From: an uncultured Trichococcus sp.
GTDB lineage: Bacteria; Bacillota; Bacilli; Lactobacillales; Aerococcaceae
Assembly: GCA_963667775.1 (NCBI GenBank)
Contig: OY764015.1
Location: forward strand, 945,168-1,009,167
Reading direction: 5' to 3'
DNA: 64,000 nucleotides
Positions 40,801 through 50,740 of this stretch are shown in pieces (the first letter of the stretch is position 1; every line of letters begins with the position of its first letter). The notes under the pieces were generated by a model. That model had not been told where the DNA came from and did not search any database. It worked only from the letters and a program-made list of their open reading frames with translations. A program made the translations under genes and the position numbers.

Positions 40801-41221
40801 GATCATTTCCCACCAAAAAACTCTCGATTTCGCCTTTTTCTCCGGGCGTAATCGCGATAAGGCGGCTTGTATCAGCCCCTAAAAGGGAAAGCAAATCCTT
40901 ATCCGAAGCATCCTGATTCCTGACCGTCGACAAAGCCATCAACTTTTTGTAGCCCTCGAAATCCTTTGCCAACAAAACCAATGGAAAGGAGCGATCTTTA
41001 CTGATGATTCCGGGCAAATCCAGTTGGATGCCCAAAATGGGTTGGATAGCATACTTTTTGCAAAGTTTGAAGAAGTCGACTTGACCATAAAGGACATTTT
41101 GGTCCGTGAGTGCGATGGCCTGATAGCCTTTTGCCTTGGCGCTGCGCACCAAATCCTCTATTCGGGTAGTCGTCTGCAAAAGAGAATAGGCACTGATGAC
41201 CTGCAAATGCACAAAAGACAT
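37883..41221 (-). CDS. dnaE: DNA polymerase III alpha subunit, DnaE type
   Basis: 1112 aa with an N-terminal PHP domain (FVHLQV.S.YSLL) and the polymerase core (GLLKMDFLGL). AGGAGG SD. Confidence 0.93.
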   Translation of the reverse strand: MSFVHLQVISAYSLLQTTTRIEDLVRSAKAKGYQAIALTDQNVLYGQVDFFKLCKKYAIQPILGIQLDLPGIISKDRSFPLVLLAKDFEGYKKLMALSTVRNQDASDKDLLSLLGADTSRLIAITPGEKGEIESFLVGNDPENAKAASLAWKKIFTPGNFYLGVQLHEKMKPIIPRLKLLSQETNIPTTAMHDVRYLEPSDNFSCRVLKAIEANERVDLQSEALDGTYYLPSCEEIERKFREADLVGSAETTQKIADEIKIELPLHQSLLPRYPLPAGTTPQAYLRRLCEEGLRQRIGTSDAEYEKRLAYELEVIHEMGFDDYFLIVWDVMAYARKAKIMPGAGRGSAAGSLVSYVLRITHVDPIRYNLLFERFLNKERYNMPDIDLDFPDNRRDDILHYVRDKYGSDHVAQIATFGTLAAKMSLRDTARVFGLTTAEAQAWSNAIPNQLGISLAEARQKSKELQHLISATDVNRLLYETAEKIEGVPRHVSTHAAGVVISDKPLRDIVPLQKKNSDLYLTQYTMGNIEEIGLLKMDFLGLKNLTILNDAVQLASDAHKKNINIWEIPMDDDRTLDIFRRADTNGVFQFESPGIKNVLRKLRPESIEDVAAVNALYRPGPMEQIDLFISRKKGLAAIDYLHPDLKSILEVTYGVMVYQEQVMQVASRMAGFSLGEADILRRAIGKKQKSAIDEERKHFIEGSLQQGYSEQTAEQVYDYIERFANYGFNRSHSVAYSFIAYQLAYMKANFPEAFFAALLNSVNQHSDKMREYFIELKRRNITVSYPDINTSNWKFALQHQTIQFGLGGIKGLRRDFIQEIIKERQGHGHYQDFVQFLRRIHPKWLKEENITPLIYSGAFDSFGHSRATLLQSLPGMLNSIDYSGNNIDLFSILEPKYVETEELPLLELLDMEEAALGHSLKGHPIDQFGKLYTNGSVVYVTELAYDKKMRTMGLIKDIRRIQTKKGDPMAFANLTDSTGEISVTIFPEYYIRFMKQLKANQLLVVEGKLERSKQADKTNFLVTHIWDAEVYQEMMGQKKENVFIRLTTENNQAELFNKMYRILNKQPGDHPVILYNEAKKQTVRLTAENWVTISAELLESLQAVFGNGNVAVK

Positions 41222-41364
41222 GTCTGTAGCCTCCTTTTTCTAATCAATACTATCATTATAGCGTACCCGTCCTAATCCAAGAAGCGAAAAAGTCGTTGGG
41301 CAAGTAATGCTTGTCATCTCAAAAAAAAGTGATAAAATGAATTTCGAGAAGAGGTGTAAACGAC

Positions 41365-41544
41365 ATGAAATATATTGCAATCATTTTCTGGGGATTTATC
41401 TTAGGGCAAGTATCTGTTTATCTTGGCAGCGCCTTGTCCGGCGGCAGTTATGACTTTATGATCGCAACCATGACGGGTATCTTCACCGCGCTGATCGTAG
41501 TTCTCGTTTCTGCGTTGATGCCGAAGACGGCCTCCCATAAATAA
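41365..41544 (+). CDS. Small two-TM membrane protein, YjzD/DUF2929-like (59 aa)
   Basis: Own translation: MKYIAIIFWGFILGQVSVYLGSALSGGSYDFMIATMTGIFTALIVVLVSALMPKTASHK. GAGGTG SD lies 7 nt upstream, a TGATAAAAT -10 lies further upstream, and a strong terminator follows. It is below the 60 aa cutoff of the ORF track. Confidence 0.6.
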   Translation: MKYIAIIFWGFILGQVSVYLGSALSGGSYDFMIATMTGIFTALIVVLVSALMPKTASHK

Positions 41545-41578
41545 CCGATTGGTCGTTCTAAAGACGGCAGAGAAATTG

Positions 41579-41617
41579 AAAAAAACCTTCAGGGATCAAA
41601 TTCCTGAAGGTTTTTTT
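41579..41617. terminator. Bidirectional intrinsic terminator between the small ORF and queA
   Basis: A7-CCTTCAGG-gatcaaatt-CCTGAAGG-T7. Confidence 0.85.
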
Positions 41618-41643
41618 GACTGAACGAACCGTTCCGCTTTTCT

Positions 41644-42672
41644 CTATTTGATGAACATGGCGTCACCGAAGCTGAAGAATCTGTACTTTTCTTTGACTGC
41701 GTGCTCGTAAGCGGACAGGACGTTTTCTCTTCCGGCAAAAGCGCTGACCAGCATGACCAAGGTCGATTTCGGCAAATGGAAATTGGTGATGATGCCTTGC
41801 ACAACCTTGAAGGAATAGCCGGGCGAAATGAAAATTTTAGTCCATCCACTGTCAGCCTTGATCTCCCCTTCAAATTTCGTACCGATCGTTTCCAGCGTCC
41901 GCACTGAAGTCGTCCCAACCGCCACTATTTTCCCTCCATTGGAACGGACCTCATTCAGCGTTTGCGCTGCCTCGTCCGTCAATTGGTAGAATTCCGAATG
42001 CATTTCGTGGCTGGCGATATCATCGACCGACACCGGACGGAAAGTACCCAAGCCCACATGCAACGTCAGATAGACGATTTTGACGCCTTTACTGGCCACT
42101 TGCTCCAGCAGATCAGCCGTAAAATGGAGCCCGGCTGTAGGCGCAGCTGCCGATCCGACTTCTTTGGCGAAAACGGTCTGATAACGCTCCTGATCAGCCA
42201 ATGTCTCCTTGATGTACGGCGGCAACGGCATTTCGCCCAGCGATTCCAATATCTCCAAAAATACGCCATCATATTTGAAATTCAAAATACGTCCGCCGTG
42301 CTCCAATGATTGCATCACTTCCGCAGTCAAGCGTCCGTCCCCGAAAGAGATGACCGTTCCGACTTTGACCCGTTTTCCCGGTTTGACGAGCGTTTCCCAC
42401 TCATCCCCTTGGGTATTGTTCAAAAGCAGTACTTCGATATGCCCGCCGGTATCCGGCTTGACGCCGTGCAGTCGCGCAGGCAGCACACGTGTGTTGTTCA
42501 GCACCAGTGCGTCGCCCTCCTGAAGTTCCTCCACCATGTCGGTGAAATGTTTGTCCTTGATTTCTCCAGTCTTGGAGTCCAAGGCAAGAAGCCGGGATGA
42601 CGAACGATCCAGCAACGGCGTCTGCGCAATCAGCTCTTCCGGCAAATTAAAATCAAAATCACTTGTCCTCAT
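41644..42672 (-). CDS. queA: S-adenosylmethionine:tRNA ribosyltransferase-isomerase
   Basis: The N-terminus [12 protein letters not shown] and the motifs [13 protein letters not shown]-like and SFGDAMFI identify it. Confidence 0.92.
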   Translation of the reverse strand: MRTSDFDFNLPEELIAQTPLLDRSSSRLLALDSKTGEIKDKHFTDMVEELQEGDALVLNNTRVLPARLHGVKPDTGGHIEVLLLNNTQGDEWETLVKPGKRVKVGTVISFGDGRLTAEVMQSLEHGGRILNFKYDGVFLEILESLGEMPLPPYIKETLADQERYQTVFAKEVGSAAAPTAGLHFTADLLEQVASKGVKIVYLTLHVGLGTFRPVSVDDIASHEMHSEFYQLTDEAAQTLNEVRSNGGKIVAVGTTSVRTLETIGTKFEGEIKADSGWTKIFISPGYSFKVVQGIITNFHLPKSTLVMLVSAFAGRENVLSAYEHAVKEKYRFFSFGDAMFIK

Positions 42673-42688
42673 CGATAAAATACCTCAC

Positions 42689-43702
42689 TTAATTTTCTGT
42701 ATCATACTTGATCCCCAAATGGTCATAAGCCATGGGGGTCGCCACCCTGCCTCGCGGAGTGCGCTGCAGGAAGCCCAATTGGAGCAGATAGGGTTCGTAC
42801 ATGTCCTCTATCGTCTCCATTTCTTCGCCGATGTTGGCGGCGATCGTCGAAAGACCGACAGGGCCGCCATTATAGAATCGGATCATCGTCGTCAATATTT
42901 GCCGATCCAGGTCATCAAGCCCTTTATTGTCCACGCTCAAAATGGACAAGGCCTTGTCGGCGATCCCCTTCGTGATCAGGCCGTCGCGATAAACTTGGGC
43001 GAAATCGCGCACACGCCGGAGTAACCTGTTGGCTACACGCGGGGTGCCTCTGGATCTTAAGGCAATTTCGACAGCGCCTGACTCATCGATTTCCGTGGAT
43101 AAAACATCCGCAGAGCGATGAACAATCTGTCGGAGATCCTCAAGGCTGTAATATTCCATACGCGAAACGATCCCGAATCGGTCGCGCAGGGGCGCCGACA
43201 GACTGCCGGCTTTTGTCGTGGCACCGACCAGCGTGAACGGCGGCAGCGTAAAGTGGACCGGATGGGCTGTCGGCCCTTGTCCGATGATGATATCCACATA
43301 ATAATCCTCCATGGCAGAGTACAGCACTTCTTCCACAATCCGTGGCAAACGGTGGATTTCATCAATGAAGAGGACATCCCCCGCTTCCAGTTCATTGAGC
43401 AATACCATCAGATCACCTGGTCGCTCGATTGCCGGTCCGCTCGTGCTGTGGATCCGGACATTCAATTCATTGGCGATGACCATCGCCAATGTCGTTTTCC
43501 CCAACCCTGGAGGCCCATACAGCAACACGTGATCCAAAGCTTCGCTGCGCGCTTTTGCGGCCTGGATATACACTTTCAATTCATTTTTGACTTTGTCTTG
43601 GCCGATGTACTGCGCCATCAATTGTGGCCGCAATGTTGTTTCGATCAAATCTTCAGTCAGGTCTTCCGTATTTCCGGAAACGATTCTATTTTCAGCTGTC
43701 AT
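42689..43702 (-). CDS. ruvB: Holliday junction branch-migration ATPase RuvB
   Basis: LRPQ....[15 protein letters not shown] and DEIHRL motifs. Confidence 0.93.
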   Translation of the reverse strand: MTAENRIVSGNTEDLTEDLIETTLRPQLMAQYIGQDKVKNELKVYIQAAKARSEALDHVLLYGPPGLGKTTLAMVIANELNVRIHSTSGPAIERPGDLMVLLNELEAGDVLFIDEIHRLPRIVEEVLYSAMEDYYVDIIIGQGPTAHPVHFTLPPFTLVGATTKAGSLSAPLRDRFGIVSRMEYYSLEDLRQIVHRSADVLSTEIDESGAVEIALRSRGTPRVANRLLRRVRDFAQVYRDGLITKGIADKALSILSVDNKGLDDLDRQILTTMIRFYNGGPVGLSTIAANIGEEMETIEDMYEPYLLQLGFLQRTPRGRVATPMAYDHLGIKYDTEN

Positions 43703-43707
43703 CTATA

Positions 43708-44319
43708 TCACCCTTTTAAAAGTAGCTTGAACGCCGTACGAAGCACTTCTTCGGCGCTGGTGTAGTTTTCTTTTTCCAATAGCGGCAGTATTTTCTTCAC
43801 TTCACGGTCCGAATATCCCAAACCGGCCAAAGCCTCCAGCGCTTCCGTCAACACAGCAGACTGTGCGCCAGCAGGTTCATTGACGGGATGTTCTTCCATC
43901 CAATACGTATCGGGCAGCAGTTCCCCGAGTTTGCCTTTCAAGTCCAAAATGATCTGCGAAGCTGTCTTTTTGCCTACACCAGGGAATTTCACCAAATAGC
44001 CCACATTATCTGTTTCGATCGCTTGAATCAGTCCCAGGTGATCATCGCTCGCCAATATGGACAACCCGCTCTTCGGTCCGATTCCGGAGACGCTGATCAG
44101 TTTCAAGTACAACTGTTTTTCCGTGTAGTCCTTGAACCCGAACAGCGTGATTGCATCTTCACGGACTGCCTGATAGATGTAAAACGTTACATCCTGGTTC
44201 AGACTTCCGGAAAAACGGAAAGGATTTGCGACCTGCAATTGGTAGCCGATGCCACCATTCTCCAGCACCACATAGAGCGGTCCCACATAGACTAATTTAC
44301 CTTTTATATATTCGTACAT
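43708..44319 (-). CDS. ruvA: Holliday junction DNA-binding protein RuvA
   Basis: MYEYIKGKL N-terminus and the HhH motifs GIGPK and PGVGKKTA. ATG at 44319 lies 7 nt after the AGGAG SD. Confidence 0.9.
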   Translation of the reverse strand: MYEYIKGKLVYVGPLYVVLENGGIGYQLQVANPFRFSGSLNQDVTFYIYQAVREDAITLFGFKDYTEKQLYLKLISVSGIGPKSGLSILASDDHLGLIQAIETDNVGYLVKFPGVGKKTASQIILDLKGKLGELLPDTYWMEEHPVNEPAGAQSAVLTEALEALAGLGYSDREVKKILPLLEKENYTSAEEVLRTAFKLLLKG

Positions 44320-44414
44320 CATCTGACTCCTACTCTTCATTTCCTGATTATCATTCGGTCCCTATCATAACATAAAACCAAACGGAAATGACAGCCGATC
44401 AGCCATATATGTGG

Positions 44415-44426
44415 GAACAATCGTTT
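44415..44426. promoter_or_regulatory. Candidate LexA (Cheo) box upstream of ruvAB
   Basis: GAACAATCGTTT fits GAAC-N4-GTTY. Flanking and inner positions deviate from CGAACRNRYGTTYC. It lies about 95 nt upstream of the ruvA start. Confidence 0.3.
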
Positions 44427-44486
44427 GGTCTGCATGAAGCAACAAAAAATCCCAGGACCGGTAGCCTTGGGACTTATCGTCGTTGC

Positions 44487-44912
44487 CTATTCGAATAATT
44501 GTTTATATTCTGAGTAGCCTTCCGCATCCAATCGATCGTAAGGAACAAAACGCAGGGCTGCCGAATTGATGCAATAGCGCAGTCCGCCCAATTCTGCAGG
44601 GCCGTCCTCAAAAACATGCCCCAGATGGGAATCGGCTTGAGCGCTCCGGACTTCTGTGCGTTTGCGCATCAACTTGCGGTCCTCCAGCTCCTTCAGAGTG
44701 GAAATCGGTTTTGCAAAAGAAGGCCACCCGCAGCCTGCATCGTACTTGTCGGCAGAGCTGAATAAAGGCTCTCCGCTCACGATATCCACATAGATGCCCT
44801 TCTCGTAAAAATCATCGTATTCACCGGAAAAAGGCCTTTCCGTAGCTTCGTTCTGTGTCACTTCATATTGTAAAGGCGTCAAGCGCTTCAATTGTTCCTC
44901 TTTGTTGTCCAT
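44487..44912 (-). CDS. msrB: Peptide-methionine (R)-S-oxide reductase
   Basis: [16 protein letters not shown] and RYCINS motifs. Alignment with B. subtilis MsrB supports a start at MDNKEEQ (44912). Confidence 0.88.
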   Translation of the reverse strand: MDNKEEQLKRLTPLQYEVTQNEATERPFSGEYDDFYEKGIYVDIVSGEPLFSSADKYDAGCGWPSFAKPISTLKELEDRKLMRKRTEVRSAQADSHLGHVFEDGPAELGGLRYCINSAALRFVPYDRLDAEGYSEYKQLFE

Positions 44913-44962
44913 CTTGAGATCAGGCCCCTTTCTCTTCATTATTCCAGTATATCAAAAAATGC

Positions 44963-44993
44963 AAAAAAGCAGAACAAAAAAGTCTTGTTCTGC
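44963..44993 (-). terminator. Intrinsic terminator after the DUF937 gene
   Basis: Minus strand reads GCAGAACAA-GACTTTT-TTGTTCTGC followed by T6. Confidence 0.8.
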
Positions 44994-45019
44994 TTCGCAC
45001 GTTCTTAATCAGCTTGGGA

Positions 45020-45625
45020 TCAGAACAGATTCCCCAAAATGCTTCCCAGGATGCCGCCCAATCCGCCTGTTGCCGATGGCGTCGCCGTTCCGGATTGCTT
45101 AGGGAAAAGATCGGTGATATCGAAATTTTTCGTGGCCGTTTCTTCAGCTTGTTTGGAGAAGATGTCTGTCTGTTTGGCAACACCGTCGGAATCCAACCCA
45201 TCAGCATCCTTTTTGTCAGCCAGCATGCCCAGGATCATCGGCGCCATGGAAGCTAAGACCTTGGCGACCTCAGATTTGCTGATGCCTGTTTGAGCAGCGA
45301 TCTGGTCCACGACCTTGTCCTTGTCCCCGAAAGCATGATCCAATATTTTATCCCCGTCATCGGTGTCGACTTTCTTGAACACGTCTTCGATCGAGGATAC
45401 GTCTTTCGTCTGACCTTTATGTTTTTCCAATGCATCTGATAAGGAATCTTTTCCTGCTTTTGACTCTGCGTTTTTGCTTAATGCCCGAAGGATCAAAGGG
45501 ATTGCAACGACAGCCAATTTCGGCAAAATGCTTGCATCAACGCCCGTTTTGCTGCCCAAGGCCTGGATCGAACTTTCTTTGTTCAGTTCGCCCATCATTT
45601 CAGAAATGTCATTGATTTGCACCAT
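45020..45625 (-). CDS. DUF937-family protein (YidB-like), function unknown
   Basis: Low-complexity protein with repeated ...D..L..AL / LA.MAP.ILGML segments and a Gly-rich C-terminus (GGLGGILGSILGNLF). ATG at 45625 lies 8 nt after the AGGAG SD. Confidence 0.7.
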   Translation of the reverse strand: MVQINDISEMMGELNKESSIQALGSKTGVDASILPKLAVVAIPLILRALSKNAESKAGKDSLSDALEKHKGQTKDVSSIEDVFKKVDTDDGDKILDHAFGDKDKVVDQIAAQTGISKSEVAKVLASMAPMILGMLADKKDADGLDSDGVAKQTDIFSKQAEETATKNFDITDLFPKQSGTATPSATGGLGGILGSILGNLF

Positions 45626-45699
45626 TTTTTCCACTCCTATCTGCTATGTAACTATCATTATTTTACAATATACAGGCAGAAATAAGAAATGATACGCCC

Positions 45700-47730
45700 T
45701 CAATGCGGGTCCTGGATTCGCTTGAACATCTTCTCCATATCCTGGTTGGAGAATTGGATCAGCACCGGCCTGCCATGCGGGCAATTGTAGGGGTTGTCCG
45801 TTTCGGCAAGATCGGCCAATAATCGGCGTGCTTCTTTGTCGCTGAGGAAATGATTCGCCTTGATCGATCGCTTGCAACTCATCATGATGGCAGTGGCTTC
45901 CCGAAGCTTTTTGATGGAGATATCACCTTCAGCCAAAAACATCTCCACCAGTTCCTTCAGAATGTCTTCCTCCTCACCAGGCGTGAACCAGGCAGGATGT
46001 TTTTCAACGATGAAACTGTTCTGGCCGAAAGGTTCCAGGAACAGGCCCATCGCTTCCAGCTTCTCTCTGCTTTCCTGGATCAACTGAAATTCATTCGCCG
46101 GATAATCCAATATGATCGGTATCAGCAAACCTTGGAGATCGGCGGAAACCTTGCCGATTTCCTCACGATAATATTCATATTTGATGCGTTCCTGAGCAGC
46201 GTGTTGATCGATGATGTAGAGCCCGGTTTCGTTTTGCGCGAACAGGTAAGTGCCGTGCATCTGGCCGAAGAAGTGCAAGTCGGGGAACGGTCGCTTGCTC
46301 CCTGTTCCCTTCTCTGTTTCCGCTTCGATTTTCTGGACGGTTTTCATGATCGGTTCTTCATGGGCATCCGTATTTTTTGCTTCTCCGGACAAGCAAGGCA
46401 TTTCTGGAGCATTGCGATCCTGTTTTGGCTTGTCACTGAACGGAACAACGTAAACTTCTTGTTCTTCACTTGGAAGGGAAAAGTCTTCACGAACTTCGAT
46501 TTCTGCGGAATCTGTTAAGAACTTTATGTGTTCATCGTTCTCGTTATGAATCGGCCCGTTGTTCAACGATGTCTCCAAAGAGCGAAAATCTTCGTGTTCA
46601 CTTGTTGCCGGCAAATTCACTTCCGTTTCCTGCACAAGTTCTTGATCGAATGACCGGAAAGAGACGCTCAACTGCTCGGTCCGGATCGAATCAACCGGAC
46701 TTTGGCGTTTGAACTTCAGGTTTTCGATGCCGCTCGGGATGCGTTCTTCTGTCCGCAAAACAGCAGCGACTGCATTTTGGATCAATTCCCCAAGTTCTTT
46801 TTCTTTGCTGATCCTGACTTCTTTTTTCGAAGGGTGAACATTCACATCCAAAAGCAGGGAATCCGCCTCCAACACAATGACGGCGAGCGGATACCTTCCG
46901 ACCATCAACTTGGATCCATAGCCGTCGATGATGGCTTTGTTCAAGGCGTAATTTTTTATGAAACGCCCGTTCAGTATCAAGGTGATGTAGTTGCGGCTTG
47001 CCCGCGTCGTGTCCGGCAAGCTGATGTAGCCCTTCACTTTGAAGTCCAAATTTTCGTTCTCGATCAGTTTCATCTTCTTGGCGGTCAGTGTCCCGTAGAC
47101 TCCGGCGATGGTCTGGCGCAGATCGCCGTTGCCTGCTGTATGCAGGAGTTGATTGCCTTCATGATGCAAACGAAAAGCGATCTCCGGATGGCTTAAGGCG
47201 ATCCGGTTCATGATGTCGGTGATGTTCGACAATTCAGTCTGCAGGGAACGGATGTATTTCAGGCGGGCGGGCGTGTTGTAGAAAAGGTCTTCGACGATGA
47301 TTGTAGTCCCTTTACGGGATTTATTCGGCCTTTCCTCTCCGATGACGCCGCCCTTTATCGACAAATAGGTGCCGCTTTGATCAGCGACAGCCGTTTCGAT
47401 CGAAACTTTTGCGACGGAAGCGATACTGGGCAAAGCTTCGCCCCGAAACCCCAGCGAGTGGATGCGGAAAAGATCATCCTGCGTGTAGATTTTGCTGGTC
47501 GCATGCCGCGTAAAGGCAAGTTTCACCTCGTCCGCCGCGATGCCGTCGCCGTTGTCGGTGACCTGCACTTTCCTTAATCCTGCCTCTTCGATGAAGACAT
47601 CGATCTGCGTACTGTTTGCATCGATCGCATTCTCCACCAATTCCTTAACGACCGATGCCGGGCGTTCGATCACTTCCCCGGCAGCGATCTGGTTCGTCAA
47701 TATTTGGGAAAGTTCCCTGATTTTGGCCAT
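45700..47730 (-). CDS. mutL: DNA mismatch repair protein MutL
   Basis: [36 protein letters not shown] (GHKL ATPase) and the C-terminal CPHGRP motif. The start is placed at the ATG 5 nt after the GGTGG SD. Confidence 0.92.
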   Translation of the reverse strand: [676 protein letters not shown]

Positions 47731-47739
47731 CATTTCCAC

Positions 47740-50331
47740 CTACTTTTTTTGCGATTTCAGCAACTTTTTCCAACCGTCTATCATCAGCATGGCTTGCATC
47801 GGTGTGCAATCCTCCAGCGCCAAGTCAGATAATTCATCCAGTACGTGCTTCTCGTTCGGAAGCATCGCGTTTTCCTGGAACAGCGCCAATTGTTCGACCG
47901 TGTCATCGGGAACAGGCACGCCCGAACCAGCATGCAGCACGTGCTGTTCATTCAATGAATTGAGGATGACCTGCGCCTCGGCGATCAACTCATGCGGCAT
48001 TCCGGCCAATTTGGCCACATGCAGGCCATAGCTTTTGTCTGCAGGCCCCTGCATCAGTTTATGCAGAAAAACCAATTCTCCGTCTTTTTCGATTGCTCCT
48101 ACATGAACATTCTTCGTCCCCGCCAAATCGTCTTCGAGTTGGGTCAATTCATGGTAATGCGTCGAAAACAGCGTCTTGCCTTTGATTGTGCGATCGATGT
48201 AACGCAGAATCGCTTCGGCCAAGGCCATGCCGTCATACGTTGCTGTGCCTCTGCCGATTTCGTCGAATAAGATCAGACTCTTGTCGGTGGCGAATCGCAG
48301 CGCTTGGTTCGTTTCGACCATTTCGACCATGAACGTGCTCTGACCGGAATAGAGGTCATCAGCCGCGCCTATGCGGGTAAATATTTGGTCAAAGATAGGC
48401 AAATGGGCTTTCTCGGCCGGCACAAAACAACCCATCTGGGCCAGAATGACAATCAGCGCAACCTGACGCATGTAAGTGCTCTTGCCTGACATGTTCGGCC
48501 CGGTAATCAGCAGGATGTGGTTGTCCTTATCCATGGAAATGCTGTTTGGCACAAATTTATCTTTGCCGATAACGCGTTCTACAACCGGATGGCGCCCTTC
48601 CTTGATGAACAGATTGCGGTCACTGTTGCTCAATTCGGGTTTGGAGAAGTGATAAGCTTCGCTGACGTGGGCGAACGACTGCAGAACATCGATCTCCGCC
48701 ACCAGTTTGGCAAGTGCCTGCAACTGTCGGCTGTATCCTTTGATTTCTTCCCGTAAAGCGACAAACAGCTCATGCTCCAATTGGACTGATTTTTCCTCAG
48801 CTTCCAAAATGAGCGTCTCTTTCTCCTTCAATGCAGGCGTGACGAAACGTTCCGCATTGGCGAGCGTCTGCTTGCGCTCGTAAGTCCCTTCAGGCAGCGC
48901 AGAGAGGTTTGCCTTTGTCACTTCTATGTAATAGCCAAAAATGCGGTTGTAGCCGATTTTCAACGTTTTGATACCGGTCTTTTCTCTTTCCTCTTTTTGC
49001 AGCATCGCAATCCACAGTTTCCCGTTGTTCATCGCATCGCGGTAGCGATCCAAATGCTCATTGTAACCGTCGCGGATGATGTTGCCTTCGGTGATTTGGA
49101 TCGGCGGATTGTCCGTGATCGCCCGCTCGATCAGATCGATGACTTCTGGATAAGCTTCCAATTGGTCGATGACAGCCTGCCAAACATCCGGTTCGTCGAT
49201 TGCAGCGATGGCTTGGACCAATCCCGGGATCTGCTGCAGAGAGGTTTTCAGCTGGATCAGATCGCGGCCGTTGACATTGCCGAGCGATACTCTGGCGACC
49301 AAACGTTCCAGATCATAAACCGATGTCAAAGCGTCGTTGATGTCCATTCGTTCAAAGTAGTGATTGACCAACGACTCGACTTTCCGTTGCCTTTCGAGTA
49401 TGTCGCTCAGGTTGATCAGCGGCTTTTCGAGCCATTGTTTCAGCATCCGTCCACCCATTGCCGTTTTTGTTTCATCCAGCGTCCACAACAAGCTGCCTTT
49501 TTTTTGCTGCGTCCGGATGGATGCGGACAACTCGAGGTTGCGCCGCGCATAGGTATCCATCTTCAGGTAAGCGTCCGTTTGATAGGCGACGGCTTTCTGA
49601 AGATGGGACAGGCTGCGCTTTTGGGTATCCGAAAGGTAACTCAGCAACAGGATAAGCACATCTTTTTCCGACTGTTGCGGCAATTCCGCAACCAGATCGC
49701 GGAAGTCCGTTTCCGGAACCAGCTTCTCCTGAATGGAAACCAGAATGCCAAAATGTTTTTCTAACTTTTCCGTTAGGCCGTCAGCCGTGTTTGTGTCCAG
49801 GACGATTTCTTTGAAAGGCAATGTCTGGAGCTCGTTGAATACGGCATCTTCGTTGGACAGGAGGCTGACTTTCAGTTCCCCCGTTCCGATATCGACATAT
49901 CCCAGCGCATACCCGCCTGCTTCGTTTTGGATGACACTGGCCAAGTAATTATTTGTTTTGCTTTCGCTGCCGTTCTCGTTCAGAAATGTCCCGGGCGTAA
50001 TGACCCGCACGACTTCCCGCCGCACCATGCCTTTTGTCAGCTTGGCATCCTCCATCTGTTCGCAAACGGCAACCTTGTGCCCCATTTCCACGAGCCTCCG
50101 GATGTAATCAGCTGCAGCATGAAAAGGAACCCCGCACATCGGAATCGGTTCATCGGCATTTTTGTTGCGGCTCGTCAGCGTGATTTCCAGTAATTTTGCA
50201 GCTTTCATGGCATCATCATGGAACAATTCGTAGAAATCGCCCAAGCGATAGAACAAAAACGCATCCGGATACTGCTCTTTTATGGATAAGTATTGCTCCA
50301 TCATAGGCGTGTTTTTAGTCTTCTGTGGCAT
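47740..50331 (-). CDS. mutS: DNA mismatch repair protein MutS
   Basis: TPMMEQY N-terminus, Walker A GPNMSGKST and the STF..E motif. 863 aa. Confidence 0.93.
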   Translation of the reverse strand: MPQKTKNTPMMEQYLSIKEQYPDAFLFYRLGDFYELFHDDAMKAAKLLEITLTSRNKNADEPIPMCGVPFHAAADYIRRLVEMGHKVAVCEQMEDAKLTKGMVRREVVRVITPGTFLNENGSESKTNNYLASVIQNEAGGYALGYVDIGTGELKVSLLSNEDAVFNELQTLPFKEIVLDTNTADGLTEKLEKHFGILVSIQEKLVPETDFRDLVAELPQQSEKDVLILLLSYLSDTQKRSLSHLQKAVAYQTDAYLKMDTYARRNLELSASIRTQQKKGSLLWTLDETKTAMGGRMLKQWLEKPLINLSDILERQRKVESLVNHYFERMDINDALTSVYDLERLVARVSLGNVNGRDLIQLKTSLQQIPGLVQAIAAIDEPDVWQAVIDQLEAYPEVIDLIERAITDNPPIQITEGNIIRDGYNEHLDRYRDAMNNGKLWIAMLQKEEREKTGIKTLKIGYNRIFGYYIEVTKANLSALPEGTYERKQTLANAERFVTPALKEKETLILEAEEKSVQLEHELFVALREEIKGYSRQLQALAKLVAEIDVLQSFAHVSEAYHFSKPELSNSDRNLFIKEGRHPVVERVIGKDKFVPNSISMDKDNHILLITGPNMSGKSTYMRQVALIVILAQMGCFVPAEKAHLPIFDQIFTRIGAADDLYSGQSTFMVEMVETNQALRFATDKSLILFDEIGRGTATYDGMALAEAILRYIDRTIKGKTLFSTHYHELTQLEDDLAGTKNVHVGAIEKDGELVFLHKLMQGPADKSYGLHVAKLAGMPHELIAEAQVILNSLNEQHVLHAGSGVPVPDDTVEQLALFQENAMLPNEKHVLDELSDLALEDCTPMQAMLMIDGWKKLLKSQKK

Positions 50332-50359
50332 GCTTTCACCTCAATCTATCTATCATTAT

Positions 50360-50740
50360 CTATCTTTTGGAGTCATCTTTTTCGATAGCGGCATCGATGC
50401 CGCGTTGGATGATGCCGATGACGTTTTCCAATAGTTCGTTGGCATCCCATAAAGCTTCCCGGTATTGCTGGACCGCTATGCTCTCCTGCAATTGTTTGTT
50501 CAGATCCGCTAATTCAGCGGCTGTTTTTTCTGCCGCAGCCGGTTTGGCGTAATGTTCAAAAGCCGCGACTTCTTTTTGCTTGCTTTTGATGGCTTCGACC
50601 AATTGTTCCAGCGATCGGTTTTCCTTTGCGTTTACTTCGGCCTTTTGATAGCGGACGATTACTTCATTTTTTTTCAGCATTTCGGTCAGTTTACGCAATT
50701 CTGCTTCTGCCTGGCCTTCGATAGGCTGTTCTTGGGTCAA
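50360..50740 (-). CDS. ricA: YmcA/RicA (YlbF/YmcA family) regulatory protein
   Basis: 126 aa helical protein with the family pattern (..YQKAE......L..L...IK..QKE...FE.....). Its start overlaps the ymdB stop by 4 nt. Confidence 0.7.
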   Translation of the reverse strand: MTQEQPIEGQAEAELRKLTEMLKKNEVIVRYQKAEVNAKENRSLEQLVEAIKSKQKEVAAFEHYAKPAAAEKTAAELADLNKQLQESIAVQQYREALWDANELLENVIGIIQRGIDAAIEKDDSKR

